64,000 nt of DNA. Source: a virus. The position numbers were made by a program, and so were the translations under genes. Below, in pieces: positions 9,538 to 18,984 of this stretch. A model generated the notes under the pieces. It was not told where the DNA came from. It did no database searches and saw nothing but the letters and a program-made list of their open reading frames with translations. The DNA is taken from the IMG/VR virus record IMGVR_UViG_3300009104_000002, positions 1 through 64,000 of that record; one strand, 5' to 3'. Every line of letters starts with the position of its first letter. Within the stretch, counting starts at the first letter, position 1.

Positions 9538-9959
9538 GCATCGGGCTTTATTTTACAACTAAATCCTGCACCCTTTGCATATCCCATAAGCATGTCTGCA
9601 AATTTACTGGTTTTTTCTTCTTTTTTGGGGCTGGCGTCAATATGTATTTCAATATTTACGTCTGGATTTATTTCGAGGATTTTGCATCCCATTTCTATTG
9701 ACTTTTCCACTTCCTTAGTTAGTCTCATCAACATTGTTGGGAATGAATTTTTTTCTCTTTTTTCTCTTTTAAAAAAATAATATCCACCCTTTTGATTGTC
9801 TGCGCCATGCAAACAAATGACGGTGGAGAAAACACACCTGTCTTTAATAATTTGGCTATCACATCCAATAAAAACATTTCCATTATCATTTGAATGTTTC
9901 CTAACCTCTTCTAATATATTCTCAAATTCTACCTCTTTTCCAGAACCAGAATTCCACAT
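9498..9959 (-). CDS. RNase H-like YkuK-family protein
   Basis: VFIGCDSQ, RLTKEVEKSIE, IEIHIDAS and KPDAWASNSIADK motifs. Confidence 0.8.
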   Translation of the reverse strand: MWNSGSGKEVEFENILEEVRKHSNDNGNVFIGCDSQIIKDRCVFSTVICLHGADNQKGGYYFFKREKREKNSFPTMLMRLTKEVEKSIEMGCKILEINPDVNIEIHIDASPKKEEKTSKFADMLMGYAKGAGFSCKIKPDAWASNSIADKHSK

Positions 9960-9960
9960 T

Positions 9961-10344
9961 TTATTGCTCGTATCTACTAGTTGGAAAAATGGGGCCAGTT
10001 TCTGTTGGCTTAATTCCCTGATCTCTGAGCGCCATAAGTGAACTTTTCAAAAATTCAATTGACTGTGTGGCCCTCTCACATTGATCATCAATGAGATAAT
10101 CCAAATCTGCTTTTTGAATTATTCCTTCTTGATAATCCATTTTTGCTTTTTCCATCATTTGATCGAAAAAATTCTTAGCACCAGAAATAAATGATTCATA
10201 TCTAAAAAGATTGCTTTTTCTTGCAGCGGTAACTTGATTTGCTTCCCCCTGGTCATTTAAAAAAAATTCTTTTAAAATTTCTTCATTTGAATTTTTAACT
10301 ATGTTTTTTATATCTTTTTTTGTTAGGTCTTTCATTTTATACAC
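9961..10344 (-). CDS. hypothetical protein
   Basis: Packed in the operon; helical. Confidence 0.7.
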   Translation of the reverse strand: MYKMKDLTKKDIKNIVKNSNEEILKEFFLNDQGEANQVTAARKSNLFRYESFISGAKNFFDQMMEKAKMDYQEGIIQKADLDYLIDDQCERATQSIEFLKSSLMALRDQGIKPTETGPIFPTSRYEQ

Positions 10345-10828
10345 TCACTTCATATTCTTTTTGTGGCCGGCCCTTAAAGCCGAACCTGTCGGTTTCAAAA
10401 TTATCTTTTCTCATCACGGTATGGACAACCAAAATATCGGGCCCCGGTTGCATTCTCAGAGAGCACACAATATTTAGTTTTGGAAGCTTGCTTTGTTTTC
10501 CGCCGCTAACTATAATGAGGAATCTTTCATTATTTTCAATTTCTCCATTTGCGAAATCGCGAAGAAAGTCAGGCGCCGCCCTATCAACTCCGTTGATGAT
10601 ATTATCTCTAGAGATTCCATATCTATTGCCATATTCATCAGGCTTTTTGATATGCCTTTTCTGTCTGTCTCTCGTATGCTGGGTTGGTATCACCGATAAA
10701 TCCAGCAAATCAACAACGTATTTTTGACCTTTCATTACCTCATAAGGTGACGTAAGTTGGCGCCCTCGTTCGCGATCAGACATAGATTCATTTAGGAATC
10801 TTTTCCAGTTTTCCATAAGAAGCTTCAT
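10337..10828 (-). CDS. hypothetical protein with MKLLMENWKRFLNE leader
   Basis: Leader shared with both upstream neighbours. Confidence 0.8.
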   Translation of the reverse strand: MKLLMENWKRFLNESMSDRERGRQLTSPYEVMKGQKYVVDLLDLSVIPTQHTRDRQKRHIKKPDEYGNRYGISRDNIINGVDRAAPDFLRDFANGEIENNERFLIIVSGGKQSKLPKLNIVCSLRMQPGPDILVVHTVMRKDNFETDRFGFKGRPQKEYEVSV

Positions 10829-11898
10829 TTTGTATCCTCAATTAATTGTAGAGTAAATTGATAAATCCGCTGAATTATCTTTTTTTGAAGAGGTTTTATT
10901 GTTAATTCCCAATAATCCATATGTTGAAAATCATAGATATTTTTTATGTGCTTGATAATATTTCTAATATTTGGGCTCCCCTTCTCTAATTCCGCTCTTA
11001 TAAGGTTTAAATCATCAGTGTCTGTATCTATATCCACCTCCTCAGAAGAGTGGGCGAAATTTTGAACCAACTTAAAGATGGGAATCAATCTCGCCTGGAT
11101 TTCTTCGGTACTATTAATATATCTTATTCGCTTTTCGAGGGCTGCGGTACCGAACCTGTACACGCCGTACTCAATGCTAGGATAATTATCTTTAAGGTAT
11201 TGAAAGATTTCTTTCCCTCTTTTGGTTTTCCAATAATCCCTACTCATTGGAGTGCCATCACCTTCCCCATCGGCGCGAACTGAATTAATAAAGTGAGTTA
11301 GTTCGTGATCCAAAACCCGCCGAAGAAGGGATTTATAATTTGATACTTTCATAATTTCTCTGATATCATCAGCGCCTGAAATTTGTTTATATGTCTCTTC
11401 GTCCATAAAACTATTAAAATATAGAGTTAACTCTTTATCCCCTACATTCCAGGTTCCCATTGCGCCAGATTCTTTATCAAACTTAATCTCGATTGATGGC
11501 AGCCAAAAGCCCTCCCAATCAATATTCTGTGAGATCAATTCTCCTCTTGGGTCTATTTCTTTTATTTTTTCAACGACCTCATGGCGCCGGGGCTCGATGA
11601 AATAAAGCGAGTAATTCTTTGGCTTATTCGGGTCTATTTTTTGAAATATGTGGGGGTTTCTATCAATAAATGTTTCGCCGTCCTCATCTTCCGTGTTGAA
11701 AAACTTATCAAGCCTCGCCATGGCGCGCTCCCGGTCCAGCGGATTACCTTCATATTTCCTCTCTTCTTCTTCGGATTCATATTTAAAATTTCGATGATCG
11801 GAATAAACATCGACAAAGAAATCCACCAAGCGAGAATAAAGCTCATCGGTTTTTCTTTCATTTAGATATTGCCGCCAATTTTCCATAAGAAGCTTCAT
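10825..11898 (-). CDS. MKLLMENWRQYLNE-leader protein with an HExxH motif
   Basis: VLDHELTHF...EEIQA resembles a zincin active site. Confidence 0.7.
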   Translation of the reverse strand: MKLLMENWRQYLNERKTDELYSRLVDFFVDVYSDHRNFKYESEEEERKYEGNPLDRERAMARLDKFFNTEDEDGETFIDRNPHIFQKIDPNKPKNYSLYFIEPRRHEVVEKIKEIDPRGELISQNIDWEGFWLPSIEIKFDKESGAMGTWNVGDKELTLYFNSFMDEETYKQISGADDIREIMKVSNYKSLLRRVLDHELTHFINSVRADGEGDGTPMSRDYWKTKRGKEIFQYLKDNYPSIEYGVYRFGTAALEKRIRYINSTEEIQARLIPIFKLVQNFAHSSEEVDIDTDTDDLNLIRAELEKGSPNIRNIIKHIKNIYDFQHMDYWELTIKPLQKKIIQRIYQFTLQLIEDTK

Positions 11899-12644
11899 TT
11901 TTTTGACCCCTGTACTTTAAAAACATTTTTTGGACTAGAGATCGGAAAAATTAAATATTCATTAACCATATCTTCGTCGACATCGGATGGCGATAAATCG
12001 ATGGGTTTATCGAGGGCACCTCTTTTGACTAAAATCTTTACAACTTTTTGAGCTGCCTCATTTGAACGACCTTGATGAGTGGCATCAGTAAATACATAAT
12101 ATTTAGCGCCCATCTCTTTTTGAAGAAGAAATAAAGCAGCTTCTCTAAGGGATATCCCAAGTTTGGCAAGTTGTATTCGACTTATTTTTTCTTCAACGTT
12201 GAAATCATACACCTCCCAGTGACCGCTATATAAATCTTCATCCAAAAACTCGTCAGTGATAAGATCTTCATATTTAAGATCATCAATGCAATCGTCACAA
12301 TCATACCTAGAATATCCTGAGCAGTATTTCGCAGCTGATATTAAATCGCCCAGCCATCCGCTATATTTGTGAATCGAAAATCTCATCACTTTTTTACCAG
12401 ATTGATTGAATAAATAAATACCACCGACATTTTTGCGAGTTCCTCCGATAATTTCATCGTCGCAAACAGGAATTTCTATCTTATCAGAGTGGGTTCCGTC
12501 AAACTCATAAATTATATAATAATTGTCATATAAATCTTTTCTTTTGTTTGGGGTCTGCTGTTGCTTCGGGCGCCCAAAGTCAAAACTTGTCTGCCTTTCT
12601 TCCTTCAAATATCTTTTCCAATTTTCAATTAGGAGTTTCATCAT
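11895..12644 (-). CDS. hypothetical protein with MKLLIENWKRYLKEE leader
   Basis: Late motif at 12646 immediately upstream. Confidence 0.8.
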   Translation of the reverse strand: MMKLLIENWKRYLKEERQTSFDFGRPKQQQTPNKRKDLYDNYYIIYEFDGTHSDKIEIPVCDDEIIGGTRKNVGGIYLFNQSGKKVMRFSIHKYSGWLGDLISAAKYCSGYSRYDCDDCIDDLKYEDLITDEFLDEDLYSGHWEVYDFNVEEKISRIQLAKLGISLREAALFLLQKEMGAKYYVFTDATHQGRSNEAAQKVVKILVKRGALDKPIDLSPSDVDEDMVNEYLIFPISSPKNVFKVQGSKK

Positions 12645-12668
12645 ATATAAATAGTATTGAATATTATA

Positions 12669-13019
12669 TCATTTATTTTTTTTACCACCATTATATGGCA
12701 CCGCCAACCCTTCGTCCAATAAAATTTTATTGACACTCTTATCGTTGATAAAAATCTCTCCGAGGCATCTCCCATACTTATCAACACCTTGAGAGACAAT
12801 AATGAATTCATTTCCAGAATTATTCAATATCTCAATTAATCTCTCTTTTGCCTTGATACCTCTGGCTTTTTCATTTAGATCTCTGGTTCTGGTCTCAGGC
12901 GTATCAATCCCATTCAACCTTACCCGTTTTTTAGCCCACATGCTAAATCCAAGATCTATCATTGCATCAATGGTGTCTCCATCAATAACTCTTATTAATT
13001 TAGCAGAATATTTATACAT
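12669..13019 (-). CDS. thermonuclease (SNase-like) family nuclease
   Basis: RVIDGDTID, RVRLNGIDTPE and DKYGRCLG motifs; start moved to MYKY below the motif at 13024. Confidence 0.9.
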   Translation of the reverse strand: MYKYSAKLIRVIDGDTIDAMIDLGFSMWAKKRVRLNGIDTPETRTRDLNEKARGIKAKERLIEILNNSGNEFIIVSQGVDKYGRCLGEIFINDKSVNKILLDEGLAVPYNGGKKNK

Positions 13020-13036
13020 TTGATATAAATAGCAAC

Positions 13037-13360
13037 TTATTCTATAATCTCGAAATCTTTTAATGAAAACCACTCTTCATTAAGATCTTTCCACTCATCA
13101 ATAACCACATTTGCTTCAAAAATATCTAAATTTTCATTAAGTGTCCAAAAATCACAAATATATTTTTTTACATTTTTCGGGAAAGAAGAGGGGGAATTAA
13201 ACCAGTAAACCCTTATCATTGGAAATTCTATTTTGGTTGAAATCTTTTCTTCCCAACTTTTCCTCACACTATATCCAGATCTATAACTTATAATAATTCC
13301 GACGTGTTCACTAACTATATCACCCATATTCGGAGTATATTTGATTAATTTTCCCTTCAC
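13037..13360 (-). CDS. hypothetical protein (SH3-like)
   Basis: Intact ORF; HVGIIISY...IRVYWF. Confidence 0.6.
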   Translation of the reverse strand: MKGKLIKYTPNMGDIVSEHVGIIISYRSGYSVRKSWEEKISTKIEFPMIRVYWFNSPSSFPKNVKKYICDFWTLNENLDIFEANVVIDEWKDLNEEWFSLKDFEIIE

Positions 13361-13375
13361 TATTCTTCCAATTTT

Positions 13376-13528
13376 TTAATTGATATATATACCCAACATA
13401 CTATACAACAACATACTTGCCCCTACTATAGAAATACAAAAATCCCCCGTCTGTATGCCAACAAAAAGGGTAAAAACATTAACTATAGATAAAAAACCCC
13501 AAAAAGTAATCATATTTTTATCATTCAT
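13376..13528 (-). CDS. small two-TM membrane protein (MNDKNMITFW...)
   Basis: GGGGGA RBS; two hydrophobic stretches. Confidence 0.6.
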   Translation of the reverse strand: MNDKNMITFWGFLSIVNVFTLFVGIQTGDFCISIVGASMLLYSMLGIYIN

Positions 13529-13618
13529 AAAAATTCCCCCTGAAACGATCAACAACCATTTTTTTAAAAAGAAAATGGAACTATGCAAGAAACGCCCGAA
13601 AACATCACTAGGGGGCAT

Positions 13619-14194
13619 TTAAGGCGCGCCAGAGTCACTTTCTTGAGCCAGCATATCTAAAATAATTTCTTCGATCCTTCCTCTACGAAATCCAACCTCT
13701 TCTAAAACAAATTCCATGTCCCTATTAATAATAAAAAATGTTGGAAATGATGACATAACCCACCCAAGATCATAGCTGTGACTTGTAATATCTCGATTGC
13801 CCGCCAATACTGGCGCGCCAACTATTCCAAATGCGTCGGCCCACGTTTTGGCGTCTACAACTGTTGGGGCCTCAAATTGCATATCATCTATTAAAACTGT
13901 AAGATACACCACATCTTTGCCATATTTCTGATGTATCTCTTCAACTTCTTTTGCTGCTGACTGGCAAGGGCCACACCACATAGCACTAATATCTAAAATA
14001 ATTATTTTTCCGTAGTAATCATATAAACTGACATCATTATTATTTTGATCCTTAAAGGTGAAATCGCACGGATTTGAGCCGATACTTTGTGAACATTCTG
14101 TGCCCCATGGTGGATTCTCTGAATCAAATTCGGGAATTTTACACGATGATAATAAAAAACCAAATAAAACTAAAATAAAACTTATATATTTCAT
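13619..14194 (-). CDS. TlpA/ResA-like thioredoxin-fold lipoprotein
   Basis: Signal MKYISFILVLFGFLLSSC (lipobox); DFTFKDQN...ISAMWCGPCQ CxxC. Confidence 0.85.
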   Translation of the reverse strand: MKYISFILVLFGFLLSSCKIPEFDSENPPWGTECSQSIGSNPCDFTFKDQNNNDVSLYDYYGKIIILDISAMWCGPCQSAAKEVEEIHQKYGKDVVYLTVLIDDMQFEAPTVVDAKTWADAFGIVGAPVLAGNRDITSHSYDLGWVMSSFPTFFIINRDMEFVLEEVGFRRGRIEEIILDMLAQESDSGAP

Positions 14195-14253
14195 AATAAA
14201 TCTCCTGTACTTGTAACTATGGTTCGAAAAATAAAAATATATTTTTATTTTTC

Positions 14254-14282
14254 TTGACAAGAGATGAAATATTTGCTATAAT
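14254..14282 (+). promoter_or_regulatory. perfect sigma70 promoter TTGACA-N17-TATAAT
   Basis: ttgaca at 14254-14259 and tataat at 14277-14282. Confidence 0.85.
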
Positions 14283-14288
14283 AAATTT

Positions 14289-14453
14289 ATGTATACTTCA
14301 ATAATAAAAGGAAAATTATTAATGGCAATCATGGGGATTTTGATGGCAGTCACCTTGTTTATTTATGTTCAAATAACAACAAAAACAACAATTGATAAAA
14401 TATTAGATGATGTTAAAGAACAAAAAGCCTGTGATTGTGAGTGCCCTTGTTAA
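14289..14453 (+). CDS. 54-aa single-TM protein with CDCECPC tail; only credible plus-strand gene
   Basis: Manual translation MYTSIIKGKLLMAIMGILMAVTLFIYVQITTKTTIDKILDDVKEQKACDCECPC; ATG 6 nt after the -10 box; stop overlaps the convergent gene. Confidence 0.65.
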   Translation: MYTSIIKGKLLMAIMGILMAVTLFIYVQITTKTTIDKILDDVKEQKACDCECPC

Positions 14454-17038
14454 ATTATAAATTTTTTAAAACCTTCACGAAGGCTCATAATATCATCCAC
14501 TAGGCGAGTTAACAATTCTTTATCTTCAATTTTCTCTCTCGCAGAAGAAAGCTCTTTATCATTAAGCGGACTATCTTTACCAGGCTTAAGCCATTGTGCC
14601 GCTGGAAATTCTTCCTCGTCAATATATCCAGCTCCGAGATTAACCTTATTATGCCAGCCTTCATTGGCTAACTTAATTAATTTCTTACTAACTTCTAAAG
14701 AACTTTTACTTTCTAAAATAATTAATGCTAGTTTCCTAAAGGATTCAAATATTGGCCCACGATCGGCCGGAAAATAGAGAGCCGTCGCCGGATCATCCCC
14801 CGCAATAATAAAATTATTAAAATCTATATCTCTTTGAAAAGACTTTGGGGAAATAAAATCTGAGACGACATTAGCAAAAACTGGGGAATCTTCTTTGAAC
14901 CTAAGAAACTTTATCTTAACTTCTTTATCTGAAACTGAATATCCTGAATAAAAAGCTATATTTTTTTCTCTACAAAAAGTTATCAATTGAGGATTTATCT
15001 TTGTCATAGCATCATATACCATGCGATATGAATAAGAAGAAATCGCATTCCCCATATACTGCCCCCCTTCCTCTATATCTTTTTCAGATATATAGAGTGA
15101 TTTTTCCATATTTCTAACAAAAATGCTATATAAACTCGTACCTTGATCTGTTGTTATCATAATGTCGTTCTTTTTTAATTTTTTGAAAAAATCTAAATTT
15201 GTGATACTAACTTGTTCATTTTTTAAATTATTAATAAATCCAACAAGATCCTTAATATATTCTCTTTTCTTAAATTCTGGATCTGCTGCAGCTTTAACAA
15301 TGAAGGCATAATATTTAAGAGCTTTAATCATTGTTTCTAAGGTCACATTCATATTTCCAGGATATCTAAATTCAATATATTTTTGATTTTGTAGATAATT
15401 TATATTAAATCCAATACTTTTGGATCCTATATTCCTTGCTGTTTCTCGCACTTTGGCCGTAAGAGTATCTGATAATTCTTCGAAATTATGAGATAAATAT
15501 AATTTCATAAATTTCTTTTTTGTTAGAGTGTCTCTCAAATCAGAATCTTTTGGTAATTTCTCAAGAAATTTAATAATATTATTTAGGGCCGGCTTCTTAA
15601 GATCTGTTGCCCAATGCGAATGTTCTCTCCGGGGGAATCCAACACCCTTCGTTGCATATGTGTGATTTAAAAATATAAGTGCTTTAAATAAATTATATTC
15701 CTCTTCTTGACTTCCATCTTCTTTCATATATCCTATATTTGTATGCAATCCCGTACCTTCAGTGAAGGTAAAAACATCTTGATTATTATAATCTCTAAAG
15801 AAATCTTCAAGATATTTTATAGCGCTTTCTAGACCAACCATATAGAGTTTTGGTTCATTACCTTCATCATAAGTTCTATTAAAGTCCCTGCCGTGAGAAA
15901 ATTCTATTCCACACTGTAGGGAACCGTCTTTTTCAAATTTTAAAGTATCTTCATATTTAGCCATGAAATTGGGTAGTTTCTGGAAAAGCTTATGCTTTAA
16001 ATCTTCTTTATTACAATCCCGCCGACTTGCCTCTGAATAGTACTCACCATCAGAGAACCATTGATCTTCTTCATAGCCCATTTCTTCTAGCCAAGAAACC
16101 GGATCCGACTCAAAATTTTCTATTCTTTCATCGATGACTTCCTCAAGCGCGCGCTCTACATAACCGCGATATTTTAATAAAATTTTTCTCTTCCAATTAA
16201 TATCACCATATTGCGAAATTTCTGTTAAGATATTATCTATTAACATATCGCCCCAGCTATCTGTTAAATCATCGACAGCGCTATCCATAGAGTCGACGGC
16301 ATCTTCGGCATAATTGAGGGTATGCCCGGTTCCAAATTTTTTAATTAAATCTTCCAAATAATATGGATGCTTAGATTTGGGAAATAAATTATCTGTATTT
16401 TCTTCAATTAAGGATGGTATATTAATTACATAATAATTAATAATTTTAGCAACTGACTTATTATTTTTGGCGATTCTTTCTATTGCTAAAGGGTAAGCCT
16501 TTCCCCCCTCCACTTCAAAATAAAAAGTTAATTGTTTTTCCGACCACCCAAGCAAATCTTGAAGTTCAGACCTTCTCTCCCATTTGCGAAAAAGATCTCT
16601 TAAAAATATCTCTGGAGATTTAAGTATACTTGCAATATCTCCTATGAAAGATCTTATAACAACATCACTACCCAAAGCTAATTTAACTATATCCCACTCG
16701 TTAAGTGAAAGACCTGACGTATATTGCCAATACCATTCTAACATTTCCTCCCCATCAGTTGGCATCTCAATACCAATACTATCCGGCTCTACTCCCCCCA
16801 GGTCATTAAGAAAATACTCTCGGGGGTCATGACCTAGAGCCCCCAATGCGGCTTCACGCCTCGCTTGCGCCCACCTCTCAATACTTTCTTCCTCATCTTC
16901 TTCTGCTTCTAATTCAATCTCAAAAGAAACTGTAAACCTTCCTCCATCTTTCATAATTTCTTTTTCATCTTTTTTATTAAATTCTTGGAGGATTTCTTTT
17001 TTATTTTCTTCTGATAGAAATTGTTTCCATTTTTTCAT
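14450..17038 (-). CDS. amidoligase (COOH-NH2 ligase type 2)-like protein, paralog A
   Basis: VSFEIELE, FEKDGSLQCGIEF, TGLHTNIG and YIEFRYPG motifs. Confidence 0.7.
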   Translation of the reverse strand: MKKWKQFLSEENKKEILQEFNKKDEKEIMKDGGRFTVSFEIELEAEEDEEESIERWAQARREAALGALGHDPREYFLNDLGGVEPDSIGIEMPTDGEEMLEWYWQYTSGLSLNEWDIVKLALGSDVVIRSFIGDIASILKSPEIFLRDLFRKWERRSELQDLLGWSEKQLTFYFEVEGGKAYPLAIERIAKNNKSVAKIINYYVINIPSLIEENTDNLFPKSKHPYYLEDLIKKFGTGHTLNYAEDAVDSMDSAVDDLTDSWGDMLIDNILTEISQYGDINWKRKILLKYRGYVERALEEVIDERIENFESDPVSWLEEMGYEEDQWFSDGEYYSEASRRDCNKEDLKHKLFQKLPNFMAKYEDTLKFEKDGSLQCGIEFSHGRDFNRTYDEGNEPKLYMVGLESAIKYLEDFFRDYNNQDVFTFTEGTGLHTNIGYMKEDGSQEEEYNLFKALIFLNHTYATKGVGFPRREHSHWATDLKKPALNNIIKFLEKLPKDSDLRDTLTKKKFMKLYLSHNFEELSDTLTAKVRETARNIGSKSIGFNINYLQNQKYIEFRYPGNMNVTLETMIKALKYYAFIVKAAADPEFKKREYIKDLVGFINNLKNEQVSITNLDFFKKLKKNDIMITTDQGTSLYSIFVRNMEKSLYISEKDIEEGGQYMGNAISSYSYRMVYDAMTKINPQLITFCREKNIAFYSGYSVSDKEVKIKFLRFKEDSPVFANVVSDFISPKSFQRDIDFNNFIIAGDDPATALYFPADRGPIFESFRKLALIILESKSSLEVSKKLIKLANEGWHNKVNLGAGYIDEEEFPAAQWLKPGKDSPLNDKELSSAREKIEDKELLTRLVDDIMSLREGFKKFII

Positions 17039-18969
17039 TTCTTTTTTTCCGCCCTTCTTGCCTTTTCAAACGTTTTATAAAATCCCTCTGGATCACTAAC
17101 AAGAAATGCTAAATCTCCAAGATATTCTTGTCTTTTAAATTCTGGATCCGCTGCAGCTTTAATAATGAATGCATAATAAAATAGGGCATCCCTCATTGAT
17201 TCGAGGCTTACTTGATGACCAGGAAATCTAAATTCTATATATCTCCGCGTCTTTGTATAAACAACATTAAAACCGATGTATTTTGGGCCAGTGATATCTG
17301 CAATATGAGAGATATTTTTATTTAGATTGGCCTCTATATGCTTAAATTTTCTATCCTTAAGCCATTGAGCATATTTATCATTCGTTAAGATACGCTTCAT
17401 AATTTTTTTAAAGGCGGGTTTTCTTATATCTTTCGTCCATTTCGTCTCCTCTCTTGACGGAAAGCCAATGCCAGATGTTGCATATGTGTGATTCAAAAAC
17501 ATCAATGCCTTAATTAGATTATAATTTTCTATAGGATCCCCATGCTCATTTAAATAACCAATATTGACATGAAGACCAGTTCTGTCGTTAAAATAAAATA
17601 TAGATTGTTTATTAAATTCTTCAAAGAAATCTTCTAAATATTCCTCTGCCTTACTTAATCCCACCATATAACGAGGTTCATAAGACGCAAACTCGATGCC
17701 ACATTTTAAACTCATATCTTTTTCAAACTTGAGAGTTGGTTTATATTTTTTCATAAATTTTGGAAAAAGATCCTGAAGAGCAACTTTCATTACTTTGAGT
17801 GAACAATCTATTTCTGGAGTTGTTTTTTGATTTTCTAGAAATTTCTTTTTCCACTCTTCATGCTCTGGAAAAAATTCTTTTATTGGAATTTTAAATATAT
17901 TTCTGAAGATATATTCGACGTTTTCAAAACGCACATCACCATGTATACGGGGAAGATCTCTCCTTGCCCGCGATTGCGCATGTTGAGCGATAACGCCCTC
18001 CAAATAGTTAAGATAAAAAATCATTATATGTTCTATCATATTTACAACCCACCCATCTCCCCTATCTGGAGAAGAAGAAAGGAGTTTTTCTTTGAATTCC
18101 GCAGGAGATAGGTCGTAAATCTGATCAAGCTCATAGGTCATTATTCTATATGAGGTACGCCTAATTTCATCAACAATATCTTTTGATCCGAATTTTTCCA
18201 AAAACTCAAAAGGGTCCATCTTTGGTTTGCCATGGCCCATTAAATCGTACAAAGTTCCTTTATAATTTTTTTCTTTGAGCTTTTTTAATGGTATGATTCT
18301 TTCAATATATTGGTTGCGAATAGCGGAAGAGTTGTGGTAACTATCATCTTCCCATCCCATATCTTTCATAAATTGCAATCTTTTTGATTTATCGCTGAGA
18401 ATAGATTCAACAACGCCATCAACAGCCTTTACTAACTCTGGGCTTCTAATCAATGCAATAACAACTTTAATTAGCGATACATCACCATCTATAAGTCTCC
18501 TGATTCGGCCTGACCGTTTTAGCCCGTCGACCCACCGGCTGTGACCGTATATAAAAAGATCAATAAGCCCTGCTCCATCCTTCGGGATGTTATATATCCG
18601 ATCACGAGCAAAGTGAACTTCCGGCCAAGAAGAAATTTTCTTGCTCATATAATAATCAGTCAGAGCATCTTCCCACGTCATATCTTCAGAATATTTATCC
18701 TTTTTCCACTGCTCTGCTCTTTTAAATATTTCTTCGCCGTTAGCCCGAACAAATGCGTCTGGATCCTCGGGAATAATTTTTCCAGTTTTTATACCATTAC
18801 TTTCAAGTTCTATTTCAAATGAAATGGAAAATTTATTATCATCTTTGAGAAGTTCTGATTTATCTTTTCTCCAGTTTATCTCCTGGATGATCTGGAGATG
18901 TTTTTTTTCTAGAAATGTCAGCCACTTTTTGTTATCCCACAAATTCATTGCAAAATCCCCATATGTCAA
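17035..18969 (-). CDS. amidoligase (COOH-NH2 ligase type 2)-like protein, paralog B
   Basis: ISFEIELE, FEKDMSLKCGIEF, TGLHVNIG and YIEFRFPG motifs; NLIKALMFLNHTYAT and FKAAADPEF-like blocks shared with paralog A. Confidence 0.7.
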   Translation of the reverse strand: MTYGDFAMNLWDNKKWLTFLEKKHLQIIQEINWRKDKSELLKDDNKFSISFEIELESNGIKTGKIIPEDPDAFVRANGEEIFKRAEQWKKDKYSEDMTWEDALTDYYMSKKISSWPEVHFARDRIYNIPKDGAGLIDLFIYGHSRWVDGLKRSGRIRRLIDGDVSLIKVVIALIRSPELVKAVDGVVESILSDKSKRLQFMKDMGWEDDSYHNSSAIRNQYIERIIPLKKLKEKNYKGTLYDLMGHGKPKMDPFEFLEKFGSKDIVDEIRRTSYRIMTYELDQIYDLSPAEFKEKLLSSSPDRGDGWVVNMIEHIMIFYLNYLEGVIAQHAQSRARRDLPRIHGDVRFENVEYIFRNIFKIPIKEFFPEHEEWKKKFLENQKTTPEIDCSLKVMKVALQDLFPKFMKKYKPTLKFEKDMSLKCGIEFASYEPRYMVGLSKAEEYLEDFFEEFNKQSIFYFNDRTGLHVNIGYLNEHGDPIENYNLIKALMFLNHTYATSGIGFPSREETKWTKDIRKPAFKKIMKRILTNDKYAQWLKDRKFKHIEANLNKNISHIADITGPKYIGFNVVYTKTRRYIEFRFPGHQVSLESMRDALFYYAFIIKAAADPEFKRQEYLGDLAFLVSDPEGFYKTFEKARRAEKKK

Positions 18970-18984
18970 TAATATAATTAGTTA

